A stretch of 64,000 nt of DNA, from NCBI GenBank assembly GCA_002269645.1, contig NIVC01000107.1, forward strand, positions 1 through 64,000. Reading direction: 5' to 3'. The notes beneath the pieces are model-generated. The model did not search any database. It was not told the origin of the DNA and saw nothing but the letters and a program-made list of their open reading frames with translations. This DNA is from Macrostomum lignano (Eukaryota). The translations under genes and the position numbers were made by a program. Positions 62,201-64,000 of the stretch are shown in pieces (position 1 is the stretch's first letter; every line of letters starts with the position of its first letter).

Positions 62201-64000
62201 AGCGGCGGCACCGTGGCAGGCTACGGCAGCAGCGGCGGACGAATTGTCAGCGATTTGACCAACGACGGCAGCTGGTCCGGGACAGCGGACTGTGGAGTCG
62301 GCGACGTCTGCGGAGGCCGCGATGCACTCGGCCTCGCGATCTGGCGCTGGCAGCGGACGGACAGCCAAGCTGTAATCGACGATGCGACCGTTTCTGACGG
62401 CCGCCTCGGGCGGCTCCCAGGCAACGCGCAGAGCTGCCGGGCCCAGCGGACGGACCGTCAGGTGACGAGCTGGGCCGGACGGAGGCCTGGCCCAGGTTTC
62501 TGCGTGGCAGGTAGCAGGAGGACCCGAACCGGCCTTGTTCTCGGCGACCAGGCTGAACTCGTAGCTGCCGCCGGGACGGAGTCCCTCAACGCGGTAGCTC
62601 TTATCCTCAGCTGGCAGTTGAGTCTTCAGCGTTGTTCCGGTCAAGTTGCTTTCGACACTGTTGACGCCTTTGTCGGGTTCCGGCAGCAGGCGGTATTCGA
62701 GGCGGTAAGAGGCTACGTCGTTTCCGGCAGAGGGAGAGGCCTGGAGAGGCGGCTCCCACTGCAGCATCACCCAGTCGTGCCCGCGGCCGGTGTGGCCGAA
62801 GGAGCCAACCTGGCCGGGACGCTCGACCACGTGGACTTCGATAGAACGCGAGCTCGGCCGACCGTCCGGGCTGTGCCGGTTTCTGGCCAGACAGTCGAAT
62901 CGACCTCGGACACCTCGATTCACGTTGGTCAAAACGAGGCGAGCGCCTTCATCCGCCACGCTGATAGAAGCGTATCTAGACACCGGAGCTGGTGCGGACG
63001 CAATTGCGGATGTTGATGCCGAGGCGGAGGCTGGTAGAATTCGGTCCGGTCGGCAGTTCTCAGTTGTGATGACCTGCGAAAGTTTTTTTACAAATGCGGA
63101 TGAAGAATAAGGTATTAAGAGCGTCTGGTTGTGTTTGGTCAGCTGGCAGGGAGTGAGTAAGCGAGGTGGCAATTAAAAAGGTCAGTCCGGCTGACCTTTG
63201 AGCAGAGCACAGCCACAGGGCATAACAATAATATTGTAGTAATTGCAGGAGGGTTTTGAGCTCTCTGGCACAACGCCTTCGGCGAAATCGTCCGATCAGC
63301 TCGCGCTGGGGAAATTCTGCACATTCCGCTGACTCTTGATCAATTACACCTGCGCCCCAATTGGGCCAGATGTGCAACCGACAGCTCAGCCGCAGCTATT
63401 GCGCGGCGCATCTGAAGGTTGCGTACGGCTGTTCAGTCCAAGGACTGGGGGGTCGCCACACAGACCCTCAATTACCCCAGCTAATGCTGGCACCCATTTC
63501 ACAGCTGGGTGAACTGAAGCAATGCAGAGTTGAGTCTCTTGCTCATGGACACAAATTGTTCCAAGAGCCGACCTTTCAGTCGTGAGTCCGACGCTCTAAC
63601 CACTCTAAACCCCTCCACTAGGCTACAACCCTCTCCTGAGCACAGGCTCGCACTCAAAAACGCTCACGCAAGGTGTACAGCGGCCCTGACTGTCTAATCG
63701 CCAGGCATGTACACTCTCTGTGCCTTGGGGCTGGGCCCTCACATGGGACCACCGACCAATGCTTCGCACACATGATCCAAGTTAATGTAGCGTCACGGCG
63801 CAAGATGCAGGAACAAACTAGATGGCTCCCTACCTCTGGGCCCAGTCGGCACTCGGCACTGCCGCCTCCCTCGTAGAATCCGATCCACTCAATCTTGATT
63901 GGCTTGTCACCGTCAGCTTCGCAGGAGACCGTGTCGTTGCTTCCGGCAATCAAAACCAGTCGATTAGTGGGAAACGGTTTCACGACCGCTGGCACCAGGA
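55729..64000 (-). CDS. DSCAM: DSCAM, 3' half (Ig9-FN1-4-Ig10-FN5-6-TM-cytoplasmic); exons >64000-63834, 63073-62095, 60921-60766, 60674-60147, 59855-59732, 59655-59516, 58879-57132, 56336-55961 and putative 55744-55729; one -1 shift near 58500
   Basis: SCEADGDKPIKIEW (Dscam Ig9 CEAKGEKPIGILW); PSGPARHLTVRPLG..LRVAWEPP..RNG (FN2); SIVSYSHHF..LDCYAVG (Ig10); CGTEVEFRLRAVN (FN5); TM VALVSALAMLLLLGLMALTAALLC. The tail motifs IRAYATF, SSNHDELSEAY and IRRFTSRPPDP parallel DSCAM PYATF, STYEELARAY and ICRFTASPPKP. All GT-AG phases match. The last exon (..ERYLNI*) is less certain. Confidence 0.92.
56350..57125. repeat. 15-bp satellite (CAGTCCCCGATGCCC), ~50 copies, inside the predicted DSCAM intron 57131-56337
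   Basis: Direct reading. It encodes (GLGHR)n in the DSCAM frame. Confidence 0.95.
59000..59410. repeat. 21-bp satellite (GATGAGACACAACCAAGATCA) inside DSCAM intron 59515-58880
   Basis: Direct reading. It encodes (VVSHLIL)n in the DSCAM frame. Confidence 0.95.
59912..60065. repeat. 33-bp tandem repeat (~4.5 copies) in a DSCAM intron
   Basis: ACACATCAGACATGCATCAGCCATCAGCTGCAG units. Confidence 0.9.
60957..62002. mobile_element. hAT-type MITE whose interior is expanded by a (GAGAG)n microsatellite (~61085-61890)
   Basis: Left TIR CAGGGGTCGGCAAAC at 60957; degenerate right TIR GTTTGCCGGCCGATG ends at 62002. 8-bp TSD GATTAGGG / GATTAGGA (7/8). Internal GGGCCAGATA, GAGGGCCGGATAAA and GTGGCCCGCC motifs are typical of Charlie-like hAT MITEs. 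Confidence 0.8.
63370..63628 (-). mobile_element. tRNA-derived SINE (copy 2, B box deleted) in a DSCAM intron
   Basis: High similarity to 19221-19487 (TGTGCAACCGACAGCTCAGCCGCAGCTAT..CCCCAGCTAATGCTGGCACCCATTT..), but it lacks GGGAATCGAACC. Confidence 0.85.

Overview
Eukaryotic (animal) genomic DNA. GC-rich exons are separated by introns and intergenic DNA packed with unrelated minisatellites and DNA-transposon debris. This style fits the flatworm Macrostomum lignano, which is an inference from sequence style only. Genes assembled by hand, with splice phases checked: RPL34 (2 exons, +); a truncated LSM12-like gene (+, two -1 frameshifts); TDRD3 (4 exons, +, coding 48-bp repeat with four -1 units); a secreted DNase I with a ~155-aa C-terminal extension and one GC-AG intron (7 exons, -); an unassigned RGG-rich/acidic-repeat protein (2 exons, -); an intronless stomatin (+); and the 3' half of a DSCAM (Ig9-4xFN3-Ig10-2xFN3-TM-tail, -) that runs off the window end. 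Mobile DNA includes a solo LTR with a 4-bp TSD, an RTE-like LINE fragment, two tRNA-SINE copies, a dead Ginger-type integrase, Harbinger-, mariner- and hAT-type non-autonomous elements, and a 28-bp perfect palindrome with an 8-bp TSD. About 20 tandem-repeat families are present. Best leads: two sharply bounded ~1.3-kb CpG deserts that look like hypermutated former ORFs; the DNase I extension; the 28-bp TIR-only element; an array of about 39 perfect 5' splice-site consensus motifs; and two in-frame, stop-free, repeat-filled introns in DSCAM. No CRISPR array, rRNA or standalone tRNA gene was seen.
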